From contig OY970194.1 of assembly GCA_963708075.1 (NCBI GenBank), positions 4,256,001 to 4,320,000 of the forward strand: 64,000 nucleotides of DNA, read 5' to 3'. The DNA comes from Sedimentisphaerales bacterium (GTDB taxonomy: Bacteria; Planctomycetota; Phycisphaerae; Sedimentisphaerales; Anaerobacaceae). The position numbers were made by a program, and so were the translations under genes. This document shows, piece by piece, positions 35,016 to 44,816 of this stretch (positions are counted from its first letter, which is position 1; the number at the start of each line of letters is the position of its first letter). The notes under the pieces are model-generated. The model was not told where the DNA came from. It made no database searches and saw only the letters and a program-made list of their open reading frames with translations.

Positions 35016-35255
35016 ATGGAGTAGCGGTACACTCGCTATTTTGAGAATCAAGTGCTGCGAAAACGGTCGTACCTCAAGAAGGAGTGGTGCGTCCGAGTGA
35101 TCGAGAACCCCATCCGTGTGGAGATGCAGGAGGGCAACCGGTTTCGATTCTGGGGCGTGGTTGAAGAACTGGGTGGTGCGATACTTCGCGTGGTGACCCT
35201 GGAAGACAAGATGACAATTCACAACGCGTTTCCTGATCGGAGATTCAAGAGATGA
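35016..35255 (+). pseudogene. Putative DUF4258/RelE-like toxin with an in-frame TAG at codon 3
   Basis: ATG GAG TAG CGG TAC ACT CGC TAT TTT..., continuing as VLRKRSYLKKEWC...LRVVTLEDKMTIHNAFPDR; overlaps the next gene (ATGA). Confidence 0.6.
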
Positions 35256-35470
35256 GACTGAACTACTATCCTGAGACGGATTCCCTATATATCGATCTCG
35301 TTGACCGGCCGAGCGTGGAGAGTCGGGAAGTGTCCGAGGGCGTGGTCCTCGACTATGATGCCCAAGGCAACCTGGTGGGCATCGACATCGACAACGCGAG
35401 CAGGAAACTCGACTTAACGGAGTTCACGCTAAGTCGCTTGCCAGCCGAAGCCCAAACGCTCTCGCGGTAG
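35252..35470 (+). CDS. DUF2283 family protein (putative antitoxin)
   Basis: YYPETDSLYIDL...SREVSEGVVLDYDAQGNLVGIDIDNAS. Confidence 0.85.
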   Translation: MRLNYYPETDSLYIDLVDRPSVESREVSEGVVLDYDAQGNLVGIDIDNASRKLDLTEFTLSRLPAEAQTLSR

Positions 35471-35813
35471 TAACGCGGTGGGCGAAGCCCTCGTTGTTCT
35501 ACACATCTCGACGTGGTGGAAACGAACCCCGTTCCTTGGCTCAGAAACCGAGTTTGCGAGCCGCCTGCTTGCCCGACTCGTGCACAGCAGCAGGTCGTAA
35601 CAGACTGTGATGAATGGCGTTTGTACGCCAAGAACGCCATTCATTCATGCCAACATCAGCAGGTACTCGCGACCGGCCAAAGATGTGTAGAACAACCAGG
35701 GCGAAGCCCACCCTACCGGCTCTCGCCACATCCAAGCCTTTGAACTGATAATTGACGGTTGAATCCGTGTGAATCCGCGAAATCGGTGTCAATAGGACGG
35801 GCGACTGCCTGGT

Positions 35814-36380
35814 TCATGCCTTCACGGGCGCGCGGCTCCTGAGAATCACGGTGTCGAGCGATCCCTCATGGCGGAGCAATTTCTGTTTGGTGGTTAGGCC
35901 GCCGGGGGCGGAGAAGCCGCCTAAGCTGCCGTCGCTGCGGAGGACGCGGTGGCAAGGGATGATCAGCGGGATCGGATTGTGGGCCAGGGCACTGCCGACG
36001 GCACGGGCGGCGCCGGGGTGGCCGACGCGTACGGCCAAGTCGCCGTAGGTGGTGGTCTCGCCTGGGGGGATCTTGCGGCAGGTTTGGAGGACCATGCGGT
36101 CGAAGGGGCTCAGAGTGTCGAGGTTGACCGCGGGATCAGTACTGAAATCGACGTTTTCGCCTTTGAAGTAGGCGATAATACGCTCCTGGAGGTCCGGGAG
36201 GAACGTCCCGCGTGGGTTGAGAACCCACCCTACATCACCATCGTCCGGGGGGAGGGATTTGAACAGCTCACGCCGGGTGGCTTGGCGGTCTGCGGCGGGC
36301 AGGCAGGTTCGGTGCAGGACACCGTCCGTGCCGGCGATGGCGAAATAGCCCCATTTGGTCTTGAAGATCGCGTATTGCAT
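35814..36380 (-). CDS. ogt: Methylated-DNA-protein-cysteine methyltransferase
   Basis: TTYGDLA...ARAVGSAL..NPIPLIIPCHRV active-site motif. Confidence 0.92.
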   Translation of the reverse strand: MQYAIFKTKWGYFAIAGTDGVLHRTCLPAADRQATRRELFKSLPPDDGDVGWVLNPRGTFLPDLQERIIAYFKGENVDFSTDPAVNLDTLSPFDRMVLQTCRKIPPGETTTYGDLAVRVGHPGAARAVGSALAHNPIPLIIPCHRVLRSDGSLGGFSAPGGLTTKQKLLRHEGSLDTVILRSRAPVKA

Positions 36381-36758
36381 AACGTCATTTCCCAACAGAT
36401 AACGCGTGGGTTGAGAACCCACCCTACATATTAAAATGACTCATGGGCGAGACGCCCTGCTGCTTCTTTCCACGGGCAAACCTGTCTGCCCGTGCCACCC
36501 GGCGATTGTAGCGATTCGAGCCGGGGGCGTACACGCCTACGGTTGGCCATAGCAAACGAAAGGTCGCTTGGCAGATTGCATGTATGTCATTGCGAGTCGG
36601 TCAGCCGCTACGCGGCGGGTGTCAGGAAGAAACCTGATGGTTTGGGTGCCATGCTTACGCTCGCGTAAGCATGCCTTGCCCATCGAGTGGAATATGTTTA
36701 CGCAAGCGTAGACATGGCACCCGGCCAAAGAACGCGTGGGTTGAGAACCCACCCTACA
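36209..36758. repeat. Three identical 26-bp GTAG REP copies (36209-36234 inside ogt, 36403-36428, 36733-36758)
   Basis: cgcgtgggttgagaacccaccctaca; inverted near-identical copy at 30663-30688 and a variant near 46567. Confidence 0.88.
36585..36727. repeat. ~145-bp composite palindromic element, copy 2
   Basis: Highly similar to 59509-59655. Confidence 0.85.
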
Positions 36759-37053
36759 TGCTGCCACCCGGATAGGAACCCTCCCGCCTGGCGAGGCAAA
36801 ATGTTATTCTCTGTACGTCGAAAATCGTTGACTCGGGGGCTGGATTCTGCTAAAGAAAGGAGTTTTCACGAACTCGGGCCGGCTTCTCTGGGCGATGGAT
36901 CGGGCAGAGAGACCATCGAATTCGCGGCCGCGGACCTGGTTGGATGTCCTGAAGGCACCAGGAGCAAAGCATTATAGGTCCTCTCGGTCGAACAGGTCCT
37001 ATAGATTTTGGGTCTGCCGAGGCTGGCTTGGCAAGGTACACGGGATTGACTTT

Positions 37054-38124
37054 ATGTCTCTGGAAGAACTGAGAAAACACATCGACGAGATCGATGAGCA
37101 GTTGGTGAACCTGCTCAACGAGCGGGCGGGCGTGGTTGTGGAGATCGGCAAGCTCAAGGCCCAGGCCGACCGGCCGATCTATGCGCCGGACCGCGAGAAG
37201 CAGGTCCTGGACAAGGTCGTGAAGGCGAACAAGGGCCCCCTGCCCGACCGGACGCTGGTGGCGATTTGGCGGGAGATGATGAGCGGGTCGTTCGTGCTGG
37301 AGAGGCGGCCGCGGATCGCCTACCTCGGGCCGGGCGGCAGCTTCAGCCATACCGCCGCGATGCTCAAGTTCGGTCGCAGCGTCGAGTACGAGCCGCTGGC
37401 CGATATCCGGGGCATTTTCGACGAGATCAGCAAGGGGCATAGCGACCTGGGGATCGTGCCGATCGAGAACTCCACCGGCGGCGGCGTCATCGAGACGCTC
37501 GATGCACTGATCGACACCGACGTGCGGGTCTGTGCCGAGGTGCTGATGGCGATTCATCACAACCTGCTGGCGAATTGCACGCTGGAGGAGGTGGAGAAGA
37601 TATATTCAAAACCGGAGGTGTTCGCCCAGTGCCGCAACTGGCTGGCCTCGACGTTCAAGGAGACGAATACGATTTCTGTGGCCTCGACGGCCAAGGCGGC
37701 CCAGATGGCGGCGGAGGAATCGTATGCGGCCGCGATCGGCTCGAAGGTCGCTGCCGAGTTGTACGGGCTGGAAGTGGTGTGTGAGAACATCGAGGATATC
37801 TCCAACAATATCACGCGGTTCCTCGTGGTCAGCCGCGAGGATGCCAGGCCGACCGGCGAGGACAAAACGTCGGCCATATTCAGCACGGCCCACAAGTCCG
37901 GCGCTCTGGCTGACGTGCTGGAGGTATTTCGAAAGTACTCCATCAATTTGACGAATATTCAATCCCGGCCGAGCAAAAAACGAGAGTGGGAGTACGTATT
38001 TCTGGTCGACTTCCTCGGGCATCGGTTGGACGAGCGGGTTCAAGCGGGGCTGGAAGAGGCTCGCAAGCATTGCCTGCAGCTTTCCGTGCTGGGCAGTTTC
38101 CCCCGCGCGACCGAGTTGCTGTAG
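37054..38124 (+). CDS. pheA: Chorismate mutase/prephenate dehydratase
   Basis: LEELRKHIDEID, IAYLGP.GSFSH, VPIENS, NITRF, ACT domain with NIQSRPS. Confidence 0.95.
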   Translation: MSLEELRKHIDEIDEQLVNLLNERAGVVVEIGKLKAQADRPIYAPDREKQVLDKVVKANKGPLPDRTLVAIWREMMSGSFVLERRPRIAYLGPGGSFSHTAAMLKFGRSVEYEPLADIRGIFDEISKGHSDLGIVPIENSTGGGVIETLDALIDTDVRVCAEVLMAIHHNLLANCTLEEVEKIYSKPEVFAQCRNWLASTFKETNTISVASTAKAAQMAAEESYAAAIGSKVAAELYGLEVVCENIEDISNNITRFLVVSREDARPTGEDKTSAIFSTAHKSGALADVLEVFRKYSINLTNIQSRPSKKREWEYVFLVDFLGHRLDERVQAGLEEARKHCLQLSVLGSFPRATELL

Positions 38125-38171
38125 CGGCCGGGATCTGAGTCAAGAAGTTTTGAGGACATTAGGAGAAAACG

Positions 38172-38933
38172 ATGAGAAAACCGTTCATCGCCGGAAACTG
38201 GAAGCTAAATACCGACAGTCATTCGAGCGTGGCGCTGGCGAAGGCCGTGGCGGCGGGCTCGGCCGATGTTGCGGGGGAACGCGTAACCGTGGCGGTGATC
38301 CCGCCGTTCGTGTACCTGCAGGCGGCGGCCCAGGCGGTGAGTTCTTCCGCTGTTGCGGTCGGCGCGCAGGATGTCTACTTCGAGCAGAAGGGGGCGTTCA
38401 CCGGCGAGATCAGTCCGGCCATGCTCAAGGACGTCGGCTGCACGTACGTTCTGTGCGGGCACTCCGAGCGTCGGCACGTGATCCGCGAGAGCGACGAGTT
38501 CGTGGGCAAGAAGGTGACCGCCGCCATCAACGGGGGCCTGCTGCCCATCCTCTGTGTCGGCGAGCTGCTCGAGGAGCGCGACGGCGGCAAGATGGAGCAG
38601 GTCGTCGAGCGGCACCTTCGGACCGGCCTGGCGGGTCTCGATGCCGAGAAGATGTCGGCCGTGACCATCGCCTACGAGCCCGTCTGGGCAATCGGGACGG
38701 GCAGGACCGCCACGCCGCAGCAGGCGCAGGAGGTCCACAAGTTCATTCGCGGCCTGCTGGCCAAAATGTACGGCAAAGACCTTGCCGGGGAGATCCGGAT
38801 CCTCTATGGTGGTTCCGTCAAGCCCGACAACGCACGCGAGCTCATGGCCCAGGCGGATGTCGATGGCCTGCTCGTCGGCGGCGCCAGCCTCAAGGCCGAC
38901 GATTTCCTGAAGATTATCCGGGCCAGCGTGTAA
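38172..38933 (+). CDS. tpiA: Triosephosphate isomerase
   Basis: AGNWK, GHSERR, IAYEPVWAIGTG, YGGSV. Confidence 0.98.
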   Translation: MRKPFIAGNWKLNTDSHSSVALAKAVAAGSADVAGERVTVAVIPPFVYLQAAAQAVSSSAVAVGAQDVYFEQKGAFTGEISPAMLKDVGCTYVLCGHSERRHVIRESDEFVGKKVTAAINGGLLPILCVGELLEERDGGKMEQVVERHLRTGLAGLDAEKMSAVTIAYEPVWAIGTGRTATPQQAQEVHKFIRGLLAKMYGKDLAGEIRILYGGSVKPDNARELMAQADVDGLLVGGASLKADDFLKIIRASV

Positions 38934-39054
38934 CGTTACGCAGGCCGTTGATTTTGACTGCCGCCCCGCACCAGAAGGCGGAGTCGCATCGTATAGAAAA
39001 GGGGCCGTCCATCTCAGGTCGGCGGAATTGACTGGTTTGTTTTGAGGCGTATCT

Positions 39055-39518
39055 ATGACTGTTCTACCAGTACTGGCGGTTGGGATTCTGATGAATCTGG
39101 TAGCCGTTCTGTTCGTCCTGGTTTCGGTTGTCCTGATCCTTTTGATCCTGATTCAGAAGGGCCGGGGCGGCGGACTGAGTGCGGCGTTCGGCGGCGGCAT
39201 GGCCAGCGGTCTGCTCGGTTCCAAGACGGGCGACTTCCTGACCTGGGCGACGATCACTGTCGTGGGGGTATTCCTGGTCCTGGCCGTGGTGCTGGCCAAG
39301 TTCTACAAGCCCGGCGTCGGCGAGTACACCGGCGCTGCGCCCGGACGTCACAGCCGGCCCCCGAGGGCACACCGGCCCAGCCGTCCGGCGAGACTTCGCA
39401 GCCTGCACCGCAGGAGCCGGCGCCCGCGGAACAGCCCGGCGCGGCAGCCCCCCTGGGCGCACAGCCCGAGGGCGCTGCGACGACCCCGGCCCCGGAAGCC
39501 AATTCGACAGGCGGCTAA
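39055..39518 (+). CDS. secG: Preprotein translocase SecG; -1 frameshift at ~39344 in the Pro-rich tail
   Basis: LILIQKGRGGGLSAAFGGG, two TM segments; the acidic tail continues in the ORF 39042..39518 frame. Confidence 0.88.
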
Positions 39519-39608
39519 AGGCTGGAGAATCGCGTGGCTGTGGCAGACCGGATTCCCACAGGACAGGTTCCTTTACGGCGGCAGTTTCGGATTTGAGAGC
39601 GCACTTCT

Positions 39609-40493
39609 ATGCTCAATAGCATGACCGGGTATGGCGAGGCGGACGGTGTGCTCGATGGCGTTTCCTATGCCGTCGAGATCAAGGCCGTCAACAACCGCTA
39701 TCTCAAGACGATCATCAAGCTTCCGGAGACGTGCACGTTCCTCGAAGACGACATCGACAAGGAGCTGCGGCGCAGTCTCTCCCGCGGCACGATCAACTGT
39801 GTGCTCCGGTTCAAGAGCATCTCGGCCAACGCCTTGTTCGAGATCGACGAACTCGCATTGCGATCCATTGTGGCCCGGCTCAACGAGATCAGCTCTTCCG
39901 TCGGCGTCAAGGGCCAGATCGACCTGGCAGGCCTGCTGGCCCTGCCGGGGATCGTTCGCCCGGTGATGCCCGACGAGGAGACCAGCGCGAAAGTCAGGGA
40001 ACTCGTCGTGCGGCTGACCCGCGAAGCGGTGGACAAGCTCAAACGGATGCGGGAGGCCGAGGGCAAGTTCCTGGACGCGGATCTGATGAGCCAGTGCGAC
40101 GCGATGGCCCGGGAGCTGGAGGTGGTCGTTCAACGCAGCAGCTCGGTCGTTACGGAGTACGCCAAGCGGCTGCGCAGGCGCGTCGATGAGCTGCTGGCCG
40201 AGGCCAAGCTCAAGCTCGACGAGGAGACCCTGGCCCGCGAGGTGGCGATTCTGGCCGACCGGTCGGACATTTCCGAGGAGATCACCCGGCTGGACGCCCA
40301 CTTGCAGCAGTTCCGCCAGATCTGCCGAATGGAGGGGCAGGCCGGCCGAAGGCTCGACTTCCTGAGCCAGGAGATGCTTCGCGAGGCGAACACGATCGCC
40401 AGTAAGGCCGGCGACGCCCAGATTGCCCGATCCATCGTGGACGTCAAGTGTCTCATCGAGCGCCTCAAGGAGCAGATCCAGAACGTGGAATAA
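39609..40493 (+). CDS. yicC: YicC/YloC family endoribonuclease
   Basis: SMTGYG, EIKAVNNRYL, GRRLDFLSQEMLREANTIASK, KEQIQNVE. Confidence 0.93.
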   Translation: MLNSMTGYGEADGVLDGVSYAVEIKAVNNRYLKTIIKLPETCTFLEDDIDKELRRSLSRGTINCVLRFKSISANALFEIDELALRSIVARLNEISSSVGVKGQIDLAGLLALPGIVRPVMPDEETSAKVRELVVRLTREAVDKLKRMREAEGKFLDADLMSQCDAMARELEVVVQRSSSVVTEYAKRLRRRVDELLAEAKLKLDEETLAREVAILADRSDISEEITRLDAHLQQFRQICRMEGQAGRRLDFLSQEMLREANTIASKAGDAQIARSIVDVKCLIERLKEQIQNVE

Positions 40494-40579
40494 ACCGTTG
40501 CGGCGGCGGAACACGTCGCTTGTTTTCGCGTACTGTGCAGGGTGGTGCGGCGTATCCCGTGGTGTATGATATTGAGTGT

Positions 40580-41182
40580 ATGATTCAGGCACGCGATCAA
40601 GAGAAGGCCCAGGGCAAATTGGTGGTCGTCAGCGGCCCTTCGGGGGTGGGTAAGAGCACCATCTGCCGGGAGGTCGTCAGGCGACTGGACAATGCGTTCC
40701 TGAGCGTGTCCATGACAACGCGGCCGAAAGGGCCCGGAGAGGAGAACGGCCGGGAGTACTGGTTCATCTCCCGCGACGAGTTCCACAAGTGCATCGAGAA
40801 CGGCACGCTGCTGGAATATGCCGAGGTCTTCGGGAACCTCTACGGCACGCCGAAGGACAAGACCGACGAGGCCCTGCACGCCGGCAAGATCGTGGTCCTG
40901 GAGATCGACATCCAGGGCGGCAAACAGGTCAAGGCGATCTACCCGCAGGCGGTGATGGTCTTCATCCTGCCTCCGAGCGCCAAGGTCCTGGCACAGCGCC
41001 TGGGCCATCGGGGCCGTGAAACCGCCGAAGCCGCCGCACGACGCCTCGGCGGCGCCAGTGCCGAGATTGCCGCCGCATGGCAATATTATGATAATATGGT
41101 AATTAACGATGATCTTGAACAGGCCATCACGGAAGTGATCCGGATCGTCGAGCACGCACCGGGATTGAGTATTGATGATTGA
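40580..41182 (+). CDS. gmk: Guanylate kinase
   Basis: SGPSGVGKST, TTR...E.NGREYWF, YGTP, LEIDIQG. Confidence 0.96.
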   Translation: MIQARDQEKAQGKLVVVSGPSGVGKSTICREVVRRLDNAFLSVSMTTRPKGPGEENGREYWFISRDEFHKCIENGTLLEYAEVFGNLYGTPKDKTDEALHAGKIVVLEIDIQGGKQVKAIYPQAVMVFILPPSAKVLAQRLGHRGRETAEAAARRLGGASAEIAAAWQYYDNMVINDDLEQAITEVIRIVEHAPGLSIDD

Positions 41183-41260
41183 CAATTGATGATTGACGAC
41201 TGAGGTGGATGGCGGCTTGTCCCCCAATAATCCATAATCAATCATCCATTATCAGTTCAA
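41168..41260. repeat. Heptamer inverted tandem repeat (TGATTGA/TCAATCA)
   Basis: attgatgattgacaattgatgattgacgactga ... tccataatcaatcatccattatcagttcaa; overlaps the gmk stop. Confidence 0.7.
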
Positions 41261-41271
41261 TGGAGAAGAAC

Positions 41272-41550
41272 ATGCTGGAAGAACTCAAGAGTGAGGAGAT
41301 CGTGAAGAAGGTCGGCGGCCGATTCAAACTGGCGGCGCTGGTGCAGCGGCGGATGACCGAACTGCTCCAGGGCTCCCGGCCCCTGATCGAGAATTCCGAG
41401 AACATGACCATGATGGAGATCGTGCTGCAGGAAATCCTGCAGGACAAGATCACCATCGATACGGCCACCTATGAGCGCAAGGTGGAAACCATCATCGAGC
41501 GGCGCGACGAGGATGATGACGATGAGCCGCGTGGAAGGCACCGCCTCTAA
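41272..41550 (+). CDS. rpoZ: RNA polymerase omega subunit
   Basis: KKVGGRFKLAALVQRRM.EL; gmk-rpoZ-coaBC synteny. Confidence 0.88.
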   Translation: MLEELKSEEIVKKVGGRFKLAALVQRRMTELLQGSRPLIENSENMTMMEIVLQEILQDKITIDTATYERKVETIIERRDEDDDDEPRGRHRL

Positions 41551-41617
41551 TGACCCGCGGCGAGAGAATACGGCCAACGTATTCCGCTGCAGGTCTTGAG
41601 GAGCCGTGAGTGCACAG

Positions 41618-42202
41618 ATGCTGAAAGACCTGAACATTCTGCTCGGCGTCACCGGCGGGATCGCCGCTTACAAGGTGGTGGACTTGGCCAGCAAACTGAC
41701 GGCCGCCGCCGCCCACGTGCAGACGGTCATGACGAAAAGCGCCTGCCGATTCGTCGGGCCCAAGAGCTTCGAGACGATCACGTGCGCGCCGGTGTACACC
41801 TCCCTGTGGAGCGATCCGGAGGGCCGCAAGAGCGCCCACATTGCCCTGGCGGAATGGGCGGACGTCGCGGTCGTCGCGCCGGCCAGCGCCGACATCATCG
41901 GCAAGATGGCCAACGGAATCTGCGACGACCTGCTCAGCACGACCCTGTGCACGTGCTGGTCCTGCCGGATGCTGTTCGTCCCCGCGATGAATACGCGGAT
42001 GTGGGAGAACCCCGCCGTGCAGCGAAACGTCACTGCCCTGCGCGAGATGGGCATCCAGATGATCGGCCCCGCCGCCGGACGCCTGGCCTGCGGCGCCGAA
42101 GGCATGGGAAGAATGGCCGAGCCGCAGGAGATCCTGGCGGCGATCGAAGCCATCGGCGCCGAGCTCATCCGCGGCAAGATCGAAGGCAACAACCAGGGTT
42201 GA
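41618..42202 (+). CDS. coaC: Phosphopantothenoylcysteine decarboxylase (stand-alone)
   Basis: GVTGGIAAYK, APASADIIGKMANGICDDLL, PAMNTRMW, GRLACG..G.GRM. Confidence 0.92.
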   Translation: MLKDLNILLGVTGGIAAYKVVDLASKLTAAAAHVQTVMTKSACRFVGPKSFETITCAPVYTSLWSDPEGRKSAHIALAEWADVAVVAPASADIIGKMANGICDDLLSTTLCTCWSCRMLFVPAMNTRMWENPAVQRNVTALREMGIQMIGPAAGRLACGAEGMGRMAEPQEILAAIEAIGAELIRGKIEGNNQG

Positions 42203-42286
42203 TGAACCACGGAGCCAGACTGGACCGCAGGGGATGACACTGAGGGACGCCGTCCCCAAGTGGTAATGTGGTTGGCAGGGTGTGCG

Positions 42287-42925
42287 ATGCGTTTTCTGAT
42301 CACAGCCGGGGGCACACGCGAATATATCGATCCGGTGCGGTTCATCTCCAACGCCAGCAGCGGCAGGATGGGCTACGCGCTGGCTCGTGCTGCACTGAAA
42401 GCACGCCACAAGGTGACCCTGATCACGGCCCCCACCGCCCTGAAGTCTCCCGTCGGCGCGCAAGTCGTCCGCGTGCAGACTGCCGCGGAGATGTTCAAAG
42501 CGGTGAAGGAGCATTTCCCCGCGTGTGATTGCCTGATCATGGCCGCCGCCGTCAGTGATTACACGCCCGCCCGACCCAGCAGAACGAAGCTCAAGAAGCA
42601 AACCACAAAGCTCACTCTCGAACTGAAACCCACCCCCGACATCCTGAAATGGGCCGGCAGGCACGGTAGGGTGGGCTCCGCCCACCATAAACGCAGGATT
42701 ATTGTGGGCTTCGCCCTGGAGGACAAGGACCTGCGGCTCAACGCCGAGCGCAAGCTCCGCGAAAAGCACCTCGATATGATCATCGCCAACGCCCCCGGCG
42801 CCATCGGCGCCGAGGCATCGACTCTGCACATCAAGGCCGCCAATTCGGACTGGATCGAACTCGGCCATGCGCAAAAAGCGCGAAGCGCCCGCCAGATCGT
42901 CCGCCAGATCGAAGCCTTGGCGTAA
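42287..42925 (+). CDS. coaB: Phosphopantothenate-cysteine ligase (stand-alone)
   Basis: ITAGGTREYIDPVRFISNASSGRMG, AAAVSDY, VGFALE. Confidence 0.92.
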   Translation: MRFLITAGGTREYIDPVRFISNASSGRMGYALARAALKARHKVTLITAPTALKSPVGAQVVRVQTAAEMFKAVKEHFPACDCLIMAAAVSDYTPARPSRTKLKKQTTKLTLELKPTPDILKWAGRHGRVGSAHHKRRIIVGFALEDKDLRLNAERKLREKHLDMIIANAPGAIGAEASTLHIKAANSDWIELGHAQKARSARQIVRQIEALA

Positions 42926-42959
42926 GAGGACAACTAGCCCGCGGAGCGTGCCGTACGGC

Positions 42960-43310
42960 TGGGTGGCATCGGCAAGCTGCGTACCTGTTTAGCCTGGAAA
43001 AGCTCGATCTTGGGTGGCACGGGCAAACTCGTTGGGTTCGTCCCAAATCCTTGAGATCGAGCCTGTGCAAGCTGCGCAGTCGGGTGGCAGCGTCAAGGCC
43101 GAAGGCCTTGGCGATGGCGAATGGGCAAGACCATCGCCAAGCTGCGCTTGACGCTGCCACCCAAAACTCAACAACTTGGGACGAACCCAACTCGTTTGAC
43201 GGTGCCACCCGGCGAGCGTCCCCGTTCGCCCATTGTGAGGACTCGCCATGGCTCGGATCGTCGTGCGAAGACGCACGACAAGGAGGCGAGCGAGGACGCT
43301 CGCCCTACAT
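42960..43310. repeat. BIME-like cluster of GGTGGCA-type and GTAG-type palindromes
   Basis: cgggtggcagcgtcaag...cttgacgctgccaccc (43081-43162), tgggttcgtccca/tgggacgaaccca; relatives at 44764-44797 and 54889-54983. Confidence 0.75.
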
Positions 43311-43471
43311 TGCGGCCCGAATTCGCCACTGAATGCCGACCACACCCCTTGTCGAGGGGGATGGATAAACCATTGGCAAGATACCGCTTGCCGATGCCAC
43401 CCTTGCGGCTACAATGCACCGAGAGAGAATCATTGCGTTCGGCAGGACTTGGAGAAATGGGAGGCACGAAG

Positions 43472-44749
43472 ATGAGACAGGCAGCCAAGGTAGTTATGTC
43501 AGTGATTGTGTGCTTGTCCATGACAAGCATTATCGTTGCTGCGGAGCGGCCGGTCTGGCCGGTCAAGGTCAGTGACAACCACAGGTACTTTGTCGATCAG
43601 AAGGGCAGCCCTGTCTTTTGGCTGGGCACGACCCAGTGGCAGCTTTTCCGGGACTATACGGTTGAGGACGCCCGCACGATCATCGAGAAGACGGCGGACA
43701 AGGGATTCGTCTTCGCCCAGGTCATGCTGATGGGCGTGGGCGACGGCACGAAAGCGAACGTCTATGGCCAAAAGCCGTGGCTCGACGACAATCCCCTCAC
43801 GCCGAACGAGGCCTATTTCAAGAACGTGGACGCCGTCCTCAAGATCGCGGAGGAGAACAACGTCAACATCTCGATGACTCTCTACCATCAGCGCTACCGC
43901 AAGCACATCACGGCGGACAACGCCAGGGCGTGGGCGAAATGGCTGGCGCAGCGGTACAAGGACGTGCCGAATATCGTCTGGTCCATGACGCCGGAGGCCA
44001 AGCCGGAATTTGTGCCCGTCCTGCGCGAACTGGCGGCCGGCCTGCACGAAGGCGATGGCGGCGCCCACCTGATCACCTTCAAGCCCGACCCCGCCCCCTA
44101 CTCCTCCAGCTTCATTCACGATGAGAAATGGCTGGATTTCGATTCCATGCAGACGTGGAAGAGCGTCGAGCTGATCTACCCGATGGTGACGCACGACTAC
44201 AACCTCCAGCCGGTCAAGCCCGTACTCATGGCGGAGGGCGCATACGAGCAGGGGTCGGAGTACGGATTCGACGTCACGCCTTTGTGGATTCGCCGGCAGG
44301 CTTATTACTCCTACCTGGCGGGCGCCCATCACACCTACGGCCACAACGACAGTTGGCGCGTCCTGCCCACCTGGAAGAAGGCCCTCGACGCCCCCGGCGC
44401 AGTGCAATTGGGCATCTTGAAGAAGACCTTTCTGGCCGTGCCTGAATGGTGGTATCTCGTCCCCGACCAGTCGATTCTCGCCGAGGGCGGCCGGACCGAT
44501 GGTCAAGTTCTGAACCTTGCCGCCCGCCACAAGGACGGCACATGGGTCATGGTCTATCTTGCCGACAAGGCTTCCTTCTCCATCCACATGAGCAAGCTCG
44601 CCGCGAGCAATGTGACTGCCCACTGGCTCGACCCGAGAACCGGTGGCTCGGTCTCTGTTGGCGGCCTCACAAATGCAGGCACACGGTCCTTCTCCACGCC
44701 CGAGGATTGGGAGGACGCCTTGTTGATCCTCGAACCCTCCACTCGCTGA
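43472..44749 (+). CDS. Secreted DUF4038/apiosidase-like glycoside hydrolase with C-terminal collagen-binding-like domain
   Basis: Signal peptide; [41 protein letters not shown]. Confidence 0.8.
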   Translation: MRQAAKVVMSVIVCLSMTSIIVAAERPVWPVKVSDNHRYFVDQKGSPVFWLGTTQWQLFRDYTVEDARTIIEKTADKGFVFAQVMLMGVGDGTKANVYGQKPWLDDNPLTPNEAYFKNVDAVLKIAEENNVNISMTLYHQRYRKHITADNARAWAKWLAQRYKDVPNIVWSMTPEAKPEFVPVLRELAAGLHEGDGGAHLITFKPDPAPYSSSFIHDEKWLDFDSMQTWKSVELIYPMVTHDYNLQPVKPVLMAEGAYEQGSEYGFDVTPLWIRRQAYYSYLAGAHHTYGHNDSWRVLPTWKKALDAPGAVQLGILKKTFLAVPEWWYLVPDQSILAEGGRTDGQVLNLAARHKDGTWVMVYLADKASFSIHMSKLAASNVTAHWLDPRTGGSVSVGGLTNAGTRSFSTPEDWEDALLILEPSTR

Positions 44750-44816
44750 TTGCATTGCGTATCAGCCATCGGCAAGCTCCGCTTGCCGCTGCCACCCGTA
44801 CGTGGGGAGATCTCGG

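Noticed and set aside
35022..35024. Pyrrolysine or alternative genetic code readthrough of TAG
   Set aside because: TAG is used as a normal stop in cheR, cheB and pheA, and no pyl genes are present in the window.
41618..42925. Split coaBC as a broken gene
   Set aside because: Both halves have their own start, stop and complete motifs; separate coaB and coaC genes are known.
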